Shown one piece after another: positions 38,091-51,359 of a stretch of DNA of 64,000 nt. The notes below the pieces were generated by a model that made no database searches, was not told the origin of the DNA, and worked only from the letters and a program-made list of their open reading frames with translations. The position numbers were made by a program, and so were the translations under genes. How positions within the stretch are numbered: the first letter of the stretch is position 1; each line of letters opens with the position of its first letter. The stretch is from Convolutriloba macropyga (lineage: Eukaryota), in assembly GCF_964194025.1 (NCBI RefSeq), contig NC_134476.1, positions 54,126,001 to 54,190,000 on the forward strand. Direction: 5' to 3'.

Positions 38091-41000
38091 TTGTAATTTG
38101 TGATCTTTGCAAAATTTCCAGCTCAGTTTTGTCTTCAAACCTTAACCAAATCAATGAACTCACAATTTTTATAGTAGTTTCTGATCGCTGCAGCAATATA
38201 GATAAAAGCAGCGATCAGAATATTTGTTCCGACCCAACTAAGTGGGAGAGGAACTATGATCGTTTTTTTTTGTTCGTTCAATTTTAACTGGTCGATATAT
38301 TTGACGTAGGAAGATATGAGTGGTATCATTATCATTAGAAGGACTGTCAAACGTAGAATGATTTTAAGGTGTTTTGAATTTCTTTTTTCTTGGCTGAGTT
38401 ATGGAGGTTTAAAGTTCTTTGAACTTTTGTCTGATTTCATGCTTTTTGCTCACGTTTTTCGTAATTTTAACTCAAATTATGATAAGTTCGTTTGAAATTT
38501 TGTTAAAAGTTCGTTTAATTCTTTACGATGCGGTTATTTGTTTAATACTTAAGTTTTTTATGGGACTTTTTTTTATTAAGGTTCAACCTAAGATGAAAAA
38601 TGGCACCAATTGAAATTTTCAAACTTGCCGCGAGAACATACATTAAAACTGCTGCAATGTTTTTGTACACTAAAACGAGGAGTATTTTTGCTTCCGCTTC
38701 GCAAGAGAGTTCTGAAATTTGCGTTTTGCAGTTCCTCTCGCTAATTAAACGACTTTAATTCAATTTTTTATTTTAATTGTCCTTGAACGAGTTTTGAAGC
38801 AATTATTGTAAACCTGTGCGTCTTTTAATGCAAAATATTTGTTTAACTGTTCTCTTCTAGAACATTCTTTCGATTTCACTTCTTTGGTGACTTTTTTATG
38901 CTTGACTTCTGGACTTTTTTGCTTGACTTAAATGCTCTTCTTGAGAAAATTTAGTCTGCGTTGCAAAACCAAAGCGGCGATTTGACTTCGTTTCGTTGCT
39001 TAGTCCCGTTAATGATGACAGGTGCGATTGCTCTTCTAATGAGGCAAAAACGTACCTATTTATTGTTCCCAATTCACAGATTTTGCTTTTCAGTACTTTA
39101 TAACTATGCATTTCCAATTGAAAGTATTGGTGAATTTTGGAATCTTGCCCTTATCTGTTGTCTTCTCGCTTATTCTCTATTATAACAGGGCCCAGTGGCC
39201 CCTTGTTGTCTTAATACCATTATCTCATATTCGCAGACGCTTTATAACATGTCTTTTGTTGTCTTATACCGTGATCTGAGTAATGACAAGACCATTGACT
39301 CTCTTATTAGGTATAATTCAATCTCCGGGATTATTTCCAATCAAAAGTTTTTTTTTACGACACTGCTTCTTCTGAAGAATGTCAGTGATTTCTGAGCTTT
39401 TGGTTGATCTTTTTGCTAACTATCTCCTTTTCGCTTTAGCGATTTATTTATTTTGGTTTGGTTACATTTTTAGCAGATTGAATAATTTTAGTCACCATTC
39501 GTTTTCCAATTTTTGAGATTTTCCCTTGTTTATTCTTTTTGTTCACTGGTTAGTCACAAGGTTTTTCATCGACCTTTTAATTAAGCTATAATCAATCTAT
39601 TCAGTGTCTAAATGGCAGCAGTCTGGAGGCTTATGAAGCATGTTGTTGAATAAACTGATTCCAGGCATAACTAATATTATCAAACAAATAGAAATGAGTG
39701 GTGTAAGATCTGATTGTTTCTTTGTGTTTATCATTTGCATTGGTGACCATCAAAGACTTCTTCTAATGAGGCCGATGGCGCGGCCTTTCATCTATCGAAA
39801 TAGGCGGTCTGTATTTCAGGACCTGCCCTGCTATCTTTTTTTTTACAATTCAAAGAATTTAAATTGTATTAGGGAGCTCTTTTTTAAGACCTGTTCACAC
39901 ATTTTTATGATTTTTGAACTCAAATTGGAGTAGTGATTTTGGTCATGCCAAAACAAGAAGTTGAGCGAAAAAGCGAGTGGTTTTGCGGCGTAAAATTTTT
40001 CGCTCTAATTTTAAAGTAGAGTGCGAAAATGGTGTTTGGACAAAAATTCGGTTTCTCGGTAGTGGTTTTTTATTCACATGCGGCTTTTCACTTTGATTTT
40101 TACTGTTTTTTCGATTTTTTGGATCGGATTTTTTCTAGTTGGTTTTCCCAATCCTTTCATAGTTCATCCTAGGCCTAGATTTTTTGTTTGAACTAATCTT
40201 CAATTTCTCGCTAGTGGTTTTTTGTTCACACGAGGTTTTTTGACATTGATTTTGTTTTTTTTTTAAATTTTTGATATGATTTTTACAAATGGTTTTCCCA
40301 ATTCACTCATAGTCCGTTCTAAGTCTAGTGTTCTGTTCAGTCAGTGAAATTTCTTTGAATTGTGCGTCAGGACTTGTCCTGCTATGTTTTTATTTTTATG
40401 CTTCATGTGATGAGTTGTAGTGTTCATGTTTTTTATGCTTCATGTGATGAGTTGTAGTGTATCCTTTGGCAATAAGCCGCTTCCATTTTAAGTCTAGTTT
40501 TTTGTTTAGACAATGAAAATTCTTTGAATTGTTCGTCAGGACTTGTCCTGCTATGTTTTTTTTAATTCGCGCTAAACTTCACGCGTCTAGAACTCAGAGT
40601 GAGTTTTCGGTTTCCTGGTCAGCAACTGAATTGTTGTGCTCAATTTTTGCGCTGACAGGATCAGGCGTTTCCTTGTTAAATTTTTTTCGTAAAGATATTG
40701 TGTAAAAGAGGTTCTTTTTTAATAAACGTTATAAGCCGTTGGATTGTTGTGCATTCTAGCGAAAAGCTTTACTGGTATTGATATCTGTCGTTTTTTTAGA
40801 ATCCATCGGGTTCATTATGCAAAGAATGAACTACTTTAATAATTTGAAATTTCAGTATCTTCGCTTAGCTTTGATTCGCAAATAAGCCAAAAATTAGGAT
40901 GAGCGGGGTCGGAGCTCTATTTACGAATGCAAATTTCCAAAACTTTTTGTTCTTTTACGCTCTTATGTCCTCAATACTGAGCGGGGGAAAGATGGAAATG

Positions 41001-42039
41001 AATTTTAAAACAGTAGAGCAAAAGTTTGTTGAACAAAATGGTACAATTTCTAAAGCGAAATTGTAAATTTGCTGAACAAATTAATGAAAGCTTGAACAGA
41101 ATATACTTTCAAAAAGTATGTATGCACCATATGATTTTGCAAAATAAAAGTTTTAGTCTTTGCTAAGTGAAAATTTGACGAGGTCAAAACAATATTTACA
41201 CCATTGACACACTAGAATATTAGTCTTTCCTACCTACTAAATTGATATAATACGCTTTGGTAACTTACCAGAAACTCCAATGTAAAGGTGATGAATTCCA
41301 TCCAAGTTTTGTGCTGTAAAAAGAAAGTTGTGTCAAAGTGTGATGTTCTTGCGTTGGATCAACTATAGTTGAATTTGTATTTGCGTTAGAGACAAGAGAT
41401 TTTGTGGAAAAGTTTTTTGTGAAACTTGCTTGGAGTTTTACTAACTTTGAATTGAAGTATCTGGTGAGTTACTTATGCGCTTTCATGCTGATTACACGCT
41501 GATGTAACGTCTCCTCAAAAATTTAATTTTTACGGAGAACGTGAAATTTTGTGTAATAGAAGTTTCAGGAATAAAATAGTTTGTTGAACTAAATAATAAG
41601 AGTTTGTTGACCGAAGTGGTAACTCTGTCGCTCCATTTTAAATCAATTGCTTGCGAAGAGGAGTAGGGGAGACGATTACTTCATAGCGTCTGATGGCATT
41701 TCAAGTGCAACACTTAGTGATTTAGTATTTACTGAATTTATGCGGTTTCGTTTTAGTTTTGTGAGCAATTGAAGACATCATCTATGCAGTACGGACCACT
41801 GAGTTCTGTAATGAACTTTGAATTTGACTTTTGAGCTCTCAGAGCCAAATATGTAAAAACACATAAAACAGAACGTGCAAAATAATCGAGACCAAGAGAC
41901 TGCTACCAAGTTATAGAATTAAAACACTCACGTGCACATTTTAAAATGCCGAAAGTCTGCAGTGCCAGAAGTTGCTACTTAGAAGTTGACTTCCGTTCAC
42001 TTTCGTCATTTTAAAACGTGTGCATTTTATGTTTTAAGC

Positions 42040-42158
42040 ATGGTTAAGTGACTCTGCAGAAGTCACTTCGAAATTCTGACATAATATCTCGAACCGCTTC
42101 GCGGTTCTCGATAAACGCCAGAAGTTCTTGGTGACTTCAAGCAGTGTCACGTAACCAT
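42040..42158. repeat. Long imperfect hairpin centred on gaaccgcttcgcggttc
   Basis: Arms atggttaagtgactctgcagaagtcac and gtgacttcaagcagtgtcacgtaaccat. A second inverted repeat lies at about 41930-42022. Confidence 0.7.
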
Positions 42159-42740
42159 TACTTGACGATTAGCATCTGGCCACATTCCAGCAGAGCTTTA
42201 GATGTAGGTGAAAAAGATCAATAATTTTAATTTCAATTTAAAATTTTTTTCAATTAACGTTATGGTACTTATCTATGCAAAAATGTTCCGAGAAAACTAT
42301 ATTCGCTAAAATATTTTAGATAATTGAATCGAGGGGAAATTCATTGTTACGCTCCTGTGGACGTTGTTTCTGTTTCAATTTGAGTTTTATTTAAGTTAGA
42401 GTACACCTGATTTGTTTTTTTTTGTATGGAATTGGAAAGTGCCGCTCTGATGGCTCATATTTTTGACAACATTGCTGTTAAGAGTAAATGAGCGTGGAAT
42501 TAGCTTTAGAAGGAAGAACGCACCTTAGGTTTCTTAAGACCATTCGAGAAATTCAACAAGTCTCTCTCTCTCTCTCTCTAGCACAGTGAGATGTTCAGTG
42601 ATGCGTTCTGCGGTCATTCAGCTGCGTTATCAGAAATTTAAATAATTGGAATTGCTGACGTGTTGTAATCACAGTAAGTAACTACAATTAAGTACGAAGA
42701 ACAAAATCACCTCTCTGAAGGCTGTTCTTGCAGATCGAGA

Positions 42741-42878
42741 ATGGTGAGTTTAATTATGTCCAAGCCAATTCTGAGCTTGTCCTCAAGATGTCTCCCCTGC
42801 AGCTCAAAAGTTCTCACAGTTGCCCACTCGACGTGCAGAACTGAAGACCATGTGTTCAAATACCTGAACGAATTCCAG
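42741..42878 (+). CDS. ACSS3: ACSS3-like acyl-CoA synthetase, probable first coding exon (mitochondrial presequence-like)
   Basis: Acceptor ttcttgcag upstream, ATG, 46 Ser/Leu/Lys/Arg-rich codons, and a strong CAG|gtaagt donor in phase 0 matching the next exon. Confidence 0.7.
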
Positions 42879-43786
42879 GTAAGTGAAAAAAACTCTAGAG
42901 GTAAGTTTAGCAAGTGTGTTCTAATCAGCATTTATAGCCAAACTTAGCGAAGTGGGCTTTTAATCATCTGTTCTTTTTGATAGTGTATTTTGCAAGTGAT
43001 TTATCTTATGCTTTAAGTTTTGTATCAAATTAAATATTTTCGAGCTGAATTTGCGAAAAATTATTCTGCAACGTGGAAGATGTTTTTCGGGCGAACTAAT
43101 TAATTGCTCTCAAAGGCAGTTTACCAATTATATTAGTCCTGTCGGTCTTTTTACGACTCGGAGTATTGGTTTTCTTAGGGTTTTTTTTACCGGAAGTACT
43201 ATTCGTTCAGACGCTGTTTTGACCTAAACGGGAAAGATAAAAATTTCCGGGTGGATTAATTTTTTCTGAGCCAGAGAGGATGAATTTTTGACTTTGAAAA
43301 GTAGTTTTTGAGTGAATGGCACATATAGATAACCGTTTTTAGCGGTTTTTTCGTCTAAGTGGCCCAGTATTTCTGCTTGTAATTTGGTTTTTGTAGAAAT
43401 GAATTTTATTTGATGCTATATTGAAATGTAAACCTCGGCAGTTGAGTTGATACCAGTGTTTTGCAGAGCCTGAAAATTCGTTTCAAGTTCAAAATTGGCA
43501 TATATTCCTTGATTTTTTCATTTTTGGATCTTTCAGCCGCCGTTATGTCAAAAATCAGTTAATATGGCAACTTCCCCTTTGATAATTCATATACTCAACG
43601 CCTATTTCTACCTAGATGTAATTTTGCTTTATAAAATTTACATATGCTAATCCGATTTTGGTAGTTTTTTATTGCATTATTTCTGTTTTTTTGTCTGTAT
43701 TTTGGTTTTTGTTGTAATCACAGTAAGTAACTACAATTACGTACGAAGAAAATCACCTCTCTGAAGGCTGTTCTTGCAGATCGAGA

Positions 43787-43924
43787 ATGGTGAGTTTAAT
43801 TTTGTCCAAGCCAATTCTGAGATTGTCCTCAAGATGTCTCCCCTACAGCTCAAAAGTTCTCAAAGTTTCCCAGTCGTCGTGCAGAACTGAAGACCATGTG
43901 TTCAATCACATGAACGAATTCCAG
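43787..43924 (+). other. Duplicated copy of ACSS3 coding exon 1 (alternative exon or pseudo-exon)
   Basis: Region ~42660-43010 is repeated at ~43710-44055. The ORF is still open (138 nt) but the donor is weakened to gtaaaa. Confidence 0.75.
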
Positions 43925-46900
43925 GTAAAAAAAGTTTAGAGGTAGGTTTAGCGGCTGTGTTCTTATCAGCATTTAAAGGCAAAACTACCATACTTAGCGA
44001 AGTGGGATTTTAATCATCTGTGTTCTTTTTGATAGTGTATTTTACAAGTGCTTTATTATAGCTGCGAAGCTGCAAGCTGAGAGGAGATAGGTGCTCTTGG
44101 TTTTATTACAGTTCAAAGAATTTGAATTGTATTGGGGCGCTGCCTTGTACGACTCGAAGAGGAGTATTGGAGAAGTACTTATTTGAAATCATTTTTATTG
44201 GAGAGATTTTTGAAGCGGGAAATGAATCGCGTGAAAAATGAATCGAGTGATTTTGGTGCTGAACAAAAGTGAGCGGAGCGAAAAGAGATTGGTTTTTGTT
44301 CATACCGCTTTTTTGAGAGAGCGAGAAATTGATGTGTGAAAAAGTTCTCTAATCGAGCGAATTTTTTTTGTTCAAGTGCGGCTTTTAAAAGCAGTTTTTA
44401 GTAGCCGCCCTCATCTTCTCAGCCGGCTATTATAGCGCTCCTATTTTTTCCTTTGTCGAATAAAAAAATGTTTCGCTTTACCTCATTTTGCCGCTTTTTC
44501 AACATTTTGCGTGATATATTTTTGACTTCTCTAGGCTAGTTTCTCTCTTCTCCCATTCTGCTAACAGTGATTTTGAACATCAGTTGCTCAGCAAAGCAAT
44601 TCAAAATGAACAGAGTAAGTATAAAAAATTGAAGTCAGAAGTAGAAACGGGATAAACCCATAAAGCCAATTGTAGATGCCCGCTATTGGAACGTCGTTCC
44701 TATAAGTCTTAGTTACCGTCTCAAATGCTTATTGGTATTGATAGTAGCCCCTGTAGCCTCTCTCTAAGAAACAGAAGTACGTTATTTTCAGCTGCGAATT
44801 GCCATCAAAATAAATCTCAACTTAAAAAATGTTTTTGTACAAAAATCTTTTTTTTTTCAATATCTTCTATTCCTTCAATCCCAATCATGCTTATGGGAAT
44901 CAACGGCGGCTATTTTCCGGTAATCTGCCGGGTATGTTTTCAAATTTTGATGGTTATGAGGTTTTATTATGATATTGTATTAATTTTAGGCTTGTTTTGA
45001 TAGGAATTGAAGGTTTCAACCAGTTAATTTGAATTTAATGCTAATTTAGAGGTTTTTCATCAGTTTTGCTGATTTTTAGACTAAGTTTAATGATTTTTTT
45101 TGCCTGTTTTTTTTTGTTTTTAATGTTTTAAGTGGGATTTGAATAGTATCTTGTTACTTAAGGAGTGTTCAGATACTCATTGACTAAATTTTTCTCGGTG
45201 TAAATCATTTTTTCTTTGGAAAATTGACAGAAAAATTGAGAAATTCTAAACCACTTTTCTTATTTTTTTTTACAGTTTTGTTTTTTTAAATCTTAGACAA
45301 GTTGCTCAGCCAATTATGACTTGCCCATTGTTTTGCGAGCTTTTGCATTGCTCTAAATTCAAGCGAACTTTATTCGGCTTTATGTTTCCTCGTTCTATTA
45401 AAAAAAAACTTGTACTATTAAAAGTTTTTTTTGTTCAATTTATTTTTGAATGCTGTTTCTGTTTTTCCTTAAATTTTTAATGGTATTTGTGGAGGTTCAG
45501 GGTTCACAATAGTTTTTCTAGTTGTTTAGTCATAAGTATGGCCAATTTTCTTCTAGTCGTTTCCGGAATTCTTCCGGCTATGTTTTTTTTAATAAAACCT
45601 GTTCACGCATTTTCATGATTTTTGAAGTCAAACTAAAGTAGTGATTTTGGTCTTGCCAAAACAGGAAGTAGAGCGAAAAAGCGAGCGGTTTTTTATTCAC
45701 ATGCGGCATTTACTTTGATGTTTACTGCTTTTTTCGATTTTTGGATTGGATTTTTTCTAATTGGTTTTCCCAATCCTTTCATAGTTCATCCTAGGCCTAG
45801 TTTTTTGTTTGAACTAAACTTCAATTTCTCGCTAGTAGTTTTTTGTTCGTCTGACGCTCTTTTTCGTGTTACATTTGTTCACACAGCAAAGCTTAAAAAG
45901 TCAAATTTTCTGAATGACTTCTTCCTCTCACTAACGGCGTTTGCGCGCGTGAAGTCATTTCTCACTCTCTTTAGCAAAAGTTTTTGCGTGATTAGGTTTT
46001 GATCACAAGGGACTTACCTCACTCAATGATGACTTTTGCACTTTATCACTTAAGTTTAATTTGAATTTGTTTAGGGTCAAAAGAACTCATATGTGCAGTA
46101 AAGGTCCCTAGTAAAAGGCTTCTGCGGAATGAATTTTTACAAGCTTTATTAATTTATACCTGAATGTTTTTTACCTAGCTTTTTGAGCGGCCTCGATTTT
46201 CAATTTAGATCTGTCTCTGTTTCTATCTCTATTTTGCGGCACGCAGATCTCTTCTTTGGCAGCAATCTGCCGGCTATGTTCTTTTGCTTTAAGTTTTGTA
46301 TAAAATTTTATATTTTCGAGCTGAATTTGCGAAAACGTATTCTGCAACGCGGAAGGTGCTTTTAGTGCGAACTGACTTTACGATTTTGGCATAATTTTTT
46401 ATCTGCTGTTTTAATGTTCGATAACCAGGTGATAGTTTTGGTAATTGCGATATTCGAATTGTAAGTTCTTGCACGAATTATGAAACTTATGATTATAGTT
46501 TTTAAGATGTAATAGTAATGGCTATATAATAAATGGGCTGCGCATAAAGCTAGCTGTATTGACTCACGGAGGAAAGTTGTGTTTCAATGATTTAGAGCTG
46601 CGGTTAATTTCGATTGTTTTTTGTTCATAACGTATTCTTTTGCTTCGTTAAATAAACTTTGATTGTTCCAAAATTTCAAATAAATGAACTTATGCAGGCC
46701 ATTTTTATGTCGTACTCTATATTAATAAACTGGTCGTATATTGAAGCCTGGTCGTAATAAACTGGTCGTACACGGTCAGCTATGATCCGCGACTTTCTCG
46801 GTACTGGCCGTTGTTCACCGGTGGAAAAGTTGTAGAAAGCTGAAAAAATAGGGGCTCTGAAACGCTCCTCTTCTAAGCCCGTTGAGTCTAAACTATCAGA

Positions 46901-47223
46901 AAAAAAATCAGTGTTTTCAATCCTGTTGGTTTTTCAATTAGTTGTTTATCAATTTTGAGGTGTTGGCTGTTCCGGGAAAGACACTAAAACTTAATTTTTG
47001 ATCAATGTTGCTGAGAGTCTGTTTAATTTGTTTAATGTTCTTTTTTCTTTTTTTTTCAAAAATGTTTTTCACCTTGAGATCAAGCTTAAGTTAATCTGAG
47101 CCATTTCTGTCGTTGTTTATTGCGACAATTTAACACCATGAATATATACTATATATACATATATACTTATGTTAAAACGCGCATCTTCAAGTTTTAAAAA
47201 GCGCAAAGAATTGCTCTATTTAG

Positions 47224-47357
47224 AACTCAATTTCTGAGCAGACGAGATGTGAGTTCTGGCATGACCAGGCACATGCTATTTCGTGGATTAGGAAACCAGA
47301 GTTATCACAAACACTCACCTTTAAAGAGGGAAAGCACGCCATGACTCGACCACAGTG
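47224..47357 (+). CDS. ACSS3: ACSS3-like coding exon 2 (ends at a GC donor)
   Basis: tag|NSISEQTRCEFWHDQAHAISWIRKP...PQ(W). TG|gcaagt joins G to restore the conserved WFxGG. Confidence 0.85.
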
Positions 47358-47859
47358 GCAAGTTTTTTTTTAAAATTTCTTAAGTTGTCTTTCGATGATG
47401 CCCTCCCATTTATACATAGTTTCAGGCCGTCCACAGCCCAACCAAAATTGACTGTAATTGTGTTTCACTGTCAATGTTTGGGACGCAAAAAGGCCATATT
47501 CTCCTGAAAAAAAAACCATGCTGCTGAAGATAAGAGCAGACTGCTATGTAGGAAATAATAATAGAAAAAGGACAGCTGATAACAAGCCGCTGCTGGGCTT
47601 GTGCTGTTCCAATTAATTAGCCAAATTAGCAAATTATATTAGCCTGGCCTTAATACTTAATTTGTTAAATGAAGTACGACAGTAACAAGTTCCCCCGTAA
47701 CATGAGGCGATGAAAAGTTGACATGAAAGAAGCTGAGAGAAGAATTGGCATTAGAAGTTTATAAATTTGTACATATGCGCCGCTCTAAGGGTAGGAAAAT
47801 GTCTTGTCTGAAACCGAAACTGTTCATATCTGATGTGCAAACTAGTATTTTGTGTTCAG

Positions 47860-48004
47860 GTTCAAAGGTGGGCTAGTGAACGCGTGTGAGAACTGCGTGG
47901 ACAGACATGTGTTAAGTGGTCATGGGGACCAGGTGGCCATCATACATGACAGTCCAGTCACTCAGTCCATATATCATCTCACATACTCACAGCTGTTTGA
48001 TAAG
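47860..48004 (+). CDS. ACSS3: ACSS3-like coding exon 3
   Basis: FKGGLVNACENCVDRHV...QVAIIHDSPVT...TYSQL, then AAG|gtatgc. Confidence 0.93.
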
Positions 48005-50042
48005 GTATGCAATTTCACAATTTTTGGTAAACTTTTGGAGTCAATGGTGCTATGATTCCACCGGTCTGTGTGTGTTATTTATGTGGTTTTGTTCCACTTA
48101 GCTAGAGCTATATTGACGTTGTAATTGTTTTCCTTGCCGCGTGTCAAAAAATATGGAAATTGTATTTTGTTGAAGTTGTACCACGAACAGTGGCTGCTTT
48201 TTCCAAAAATGCTTTACCAGAATATTTTTTCTTTCTCTGGTTGAAACCAATTGTTCATTTCGGAAGATTTCACGCAACTTTTCGCTGCTTTGGTCCCATA
48301 GTTCAAAGTTAAACTACAACGTAAATACCCCTGAAAAAGTTTTGGCTAAGATTTTTTGATGAATGGGGATCCTTCTGCGTTATTCTGGAACCAAATAACA
48401 GCGCTGTTCTTGATAGATTTTTTGAAAAAAAAACATGGGCAGTTGGAACTTGGGTGTGTCAGTTGGGAAACATGGGCGGTTCTCGATTGCAGAATACTAC
48501 TTGTCAACAACCTTAATGCAATCTCTCAGAGTGCTAATCACTCGTGTTGGATTGCTATCGTTTAAAAAATGGTATTATCTCAGCTTATTTTATGGAGAGC
48601 TCATAGTTACTTAAACCATGTTTCTTCATTAAATCAATTGAGACGGAAAAAGTATCGTCATGTTTAAAACATATTCTTCCTTACCGTTCTAATTAGAAAG
48701 TTTCGATTTTATGATTTTGCTCATTCAGAGCGCCAACTCATTTTGAAAGCATTAAAAGCGCTAATTTGATTACGGGCCCTTGCGCAATTTTTTAGTTTTC
48801 AAGACAGTTAGAAAAAAAAACACGTATGAAAGCAAGTTTTTTCAAAATTTATTTTTAGAAAATTTATTGTAACGTGTCAATGGAACCTTTTGATAAAAAG
48901 AGCTGATAGTTTTCTAACGCATTTTGAATTCTTTTTAATTGCTCTCGAACGAATTTTAAACATGTTGGTCTTTTTTATGCAAATATTTTCTTGACCGTTT
49001 TAACTTTTCGGGAAAAGTGAATTTTACGCCGTTGACGGTTCATTTTGCGTGATCTAAGTTCTTCTCATTAACAAGTGTCAGCAGCTGAACTCGACTGGCG
49101 GCAGTTCGCTACTAAGAGTCAATTAAAAAGTGTGCCAAAATTTTTTTCACTTTAAGTTTTATGAGTGGTTATAGTGTTATCTAATAACCTCTAATGACGT
49201 CATTTGAAGCCCCCATTAGTGAATTTAGTTACTCCTCGCACCAGACTGAAGCAGGCTGCAATATATTTGAGCTCACACTATTTGTTCCAGAGCAATTGTC
49301 CGACGTTAGTGAAAAAAAGGTCCTTAACAAATAAAAAAAACATAGCAGGACAAGCCCTGAGATACAATGCAAAGGACTGAATGAGAAACTTAGAACTACT
49401 GCATCTGACAGCAGATCGATTGAACAATGCCAGGCAAAACGGCAAAGTTCCAAAATTAGAGTGAAATGAATGAGTTATTATTCCAATTAATTAGAATCGA
49501 CTGTACAAAAAATAGGTCAACACATACCTCCTCGCCTATCAAACCTTGGTTCCCTAAAAATGGTTTCGTTTTTTTTCTTTCACATAGCATTATTTTCGGC
49601 TTGATGTTACCTCAAATTTAAAGCCAACACAAATGAAACAGTTGCTCGAATAACTTGAGAAGCAAGACTTTTTATAGCACTCAACGATGTTCATTATTAG
49701 ATTCTTGTGCTCTAAGAGAAAGTTGAAAACTGGTGCAGACAGCTTTGTGGGAACACTTGGACTTTCGAGTTGTTTTGAAAGAGTTCTGTTCATTTTAAAC
49801 TGCTTTTAGTTGGCGTGATTTTTTTTGTGCTATCCAAAAGTTCTTTTTTTTTGTTCAATTTTTTTGGTCGGCCATCAATCAGTGGTTCCGTGGCAACTTT
49901 TTTGAAACAATGTCTTACTGGGTTACAGGCGACCAGAAGGCTCATCGTTTTATCAGGGAAAATGGCAAGGAAGACAGTGTTCTTCATGCAGTGTCATTTT
50001 AGTTAGAATGTTAATGTGCAATTTGAGCTTGTGGCCTCTAAT

Positions 50043-50474
50043 TATACTCGCCGCTTAAATGGGAGTATACAAAGAGAGTTTAACTTTAAAGTTCTAAAGA
50101 CAAAAGGAATGGAATTAAAAATTTTATTATAAAAACAGTTAAGGCGGTACAGTATGAATAATGAGTTAAGCAATATCGATATCATATGTTTACTTTATCA
50201 ATCTATTGAGCAAGTGTGTGGTGACAATTGAAGAGAGGAATATCAGATGGCTAACTAAATTGGAATTGAAGTGAACAAATGGTTGAAGTGAACGATACTG
50301 AATAACTGAATAACTGGTTGATATAAAAACTAGCTTCCTATATATAGTCAGCAAAGTGGGAATTAATTTCCCATATTTTTAAAAGTGGGATAAAACATCC
50401 CATATTAGTTTTTGGGATAAAAGTTCCCATTTTATTTTTGGGATAAAAGTTCCCATTTTCTCATTTTCAGTACA
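50043..50474 (-). repeat. 3' LTR (TGTACT...AGTATA termini; AATAAA at 50128-50123)
   Basis: Identical to 61633-62064 except one substitution (50091 vs 61681). Terminal hairpin tatactc-N13-gagtata. Confidence 0.97.
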
Positions 50475-50618
50475 TCCAACCGGCGACTTAGCGGGTTTTG
50501 TTGTAACTAGCTGGATATACAAAGTTAGACATAAAAATTTAGATATAAAAATTTACAGACATGTTTAAAACAAAATTAAGAATAAGATGGTTTCTAGAAT
50601 AAGAATAAGTTTCTAGTT

Positions 50619-51236
50619 TTAGTTTCCTTCAAGTTGATTTATTCTGTTTTGCAAAAATTTTATTCGGTTCATTAGATTCGCGTTCTTCTTCTTCTCTCGT
50701 AAGAAGTTTTGCTCCAGTCCCAGCGTGTATGTGTCCCGCTCGTTGTTGAGGTCTGCGGTTATGAACTGGTAGGGGACTGTTAAGTTCTGTCGGTCGAGGG
50801 ATATATTCTTTAGTCGATATGTCTTTAATTTTGAGTTATAAGATTGGATCTTATAAATATTTCCCTCTGGTAGCACTCTGTATTGGAGGCCCCAGTCAAA
50901 GTTTGGGTGTCCTCTAAATTGCCTATTCCTCGTTCTTTCTTCGTTGAATTTCTGTTTTTCCAATCTCTGGCTCATGCTAAGGATTCGTGGCTGTATAGGG
51001 CAAATTGTAGCTGTGGGTTTCATGTGGGTGGCTGTCGGAGCAATCGTAACTTCTGTTAAATCCAATTTTTTTTCTCCTCTCCCGGTATTGATAGTGTGAA
51101 TACTCTTCCCTGGTGTAGTTCGTACTGGTTGTTGTTCTGGTGGTTCCTGTTGCTGGCCCATCAGTTCCTCGAAGGTATCGGGGAGAATGAAGTCATCTAG
51201 GTCTGGCATGTCATCGTCACCTTCGTATCCTAAATT
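50619..51236 (-). CDS. 3' accessory ORF / predicted exon 2 (acidic start, basic middle, leucine-zipper C-terminus)
   Basis: 196 aa ORF from the ATG at 51209, extendable by 9 codons to the acceptor ttatttctatttttag| at 51237 in phase 0. Confidence 0.75.
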   Translation of the reverse strand, partial: NLGYEGDDDMPDLDDFILPDTFEELMGQQQEPPEQQPVRTTPGKSIHTINTGRGEKKLDLTEVTIAPTATHMKPTATICPIQPRILSMSQRLEKQKFNEERTRNRQFRGHPNFDWGLQYRVLPEGNIYKIQSYNSKLKTYRLKNISLDRQNLTVPYQFITADLNNERDTYTLGLEQNFLREKKKNANLMNRIKFLQNRINQLEGN

Positions 51237-51359
51237 CTAAAAATAGAAATAACATAAATGTGTAGTATGGATAAGATATTTATTTTCTATATATATAACA
51301 AACTAATTATTTGTGTTTTTATTTATAGTCGTGTATATTTTTTAAAGTCATTATTGCTT

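Noticed and set aside
42520-42580. (TC)n tract preceded by aagtc, similar to the tail of the LINE at 20430
   Set aside because: Too short to call a truncated LINE; it may be a simple microsatellite or polypyrimidine tract.
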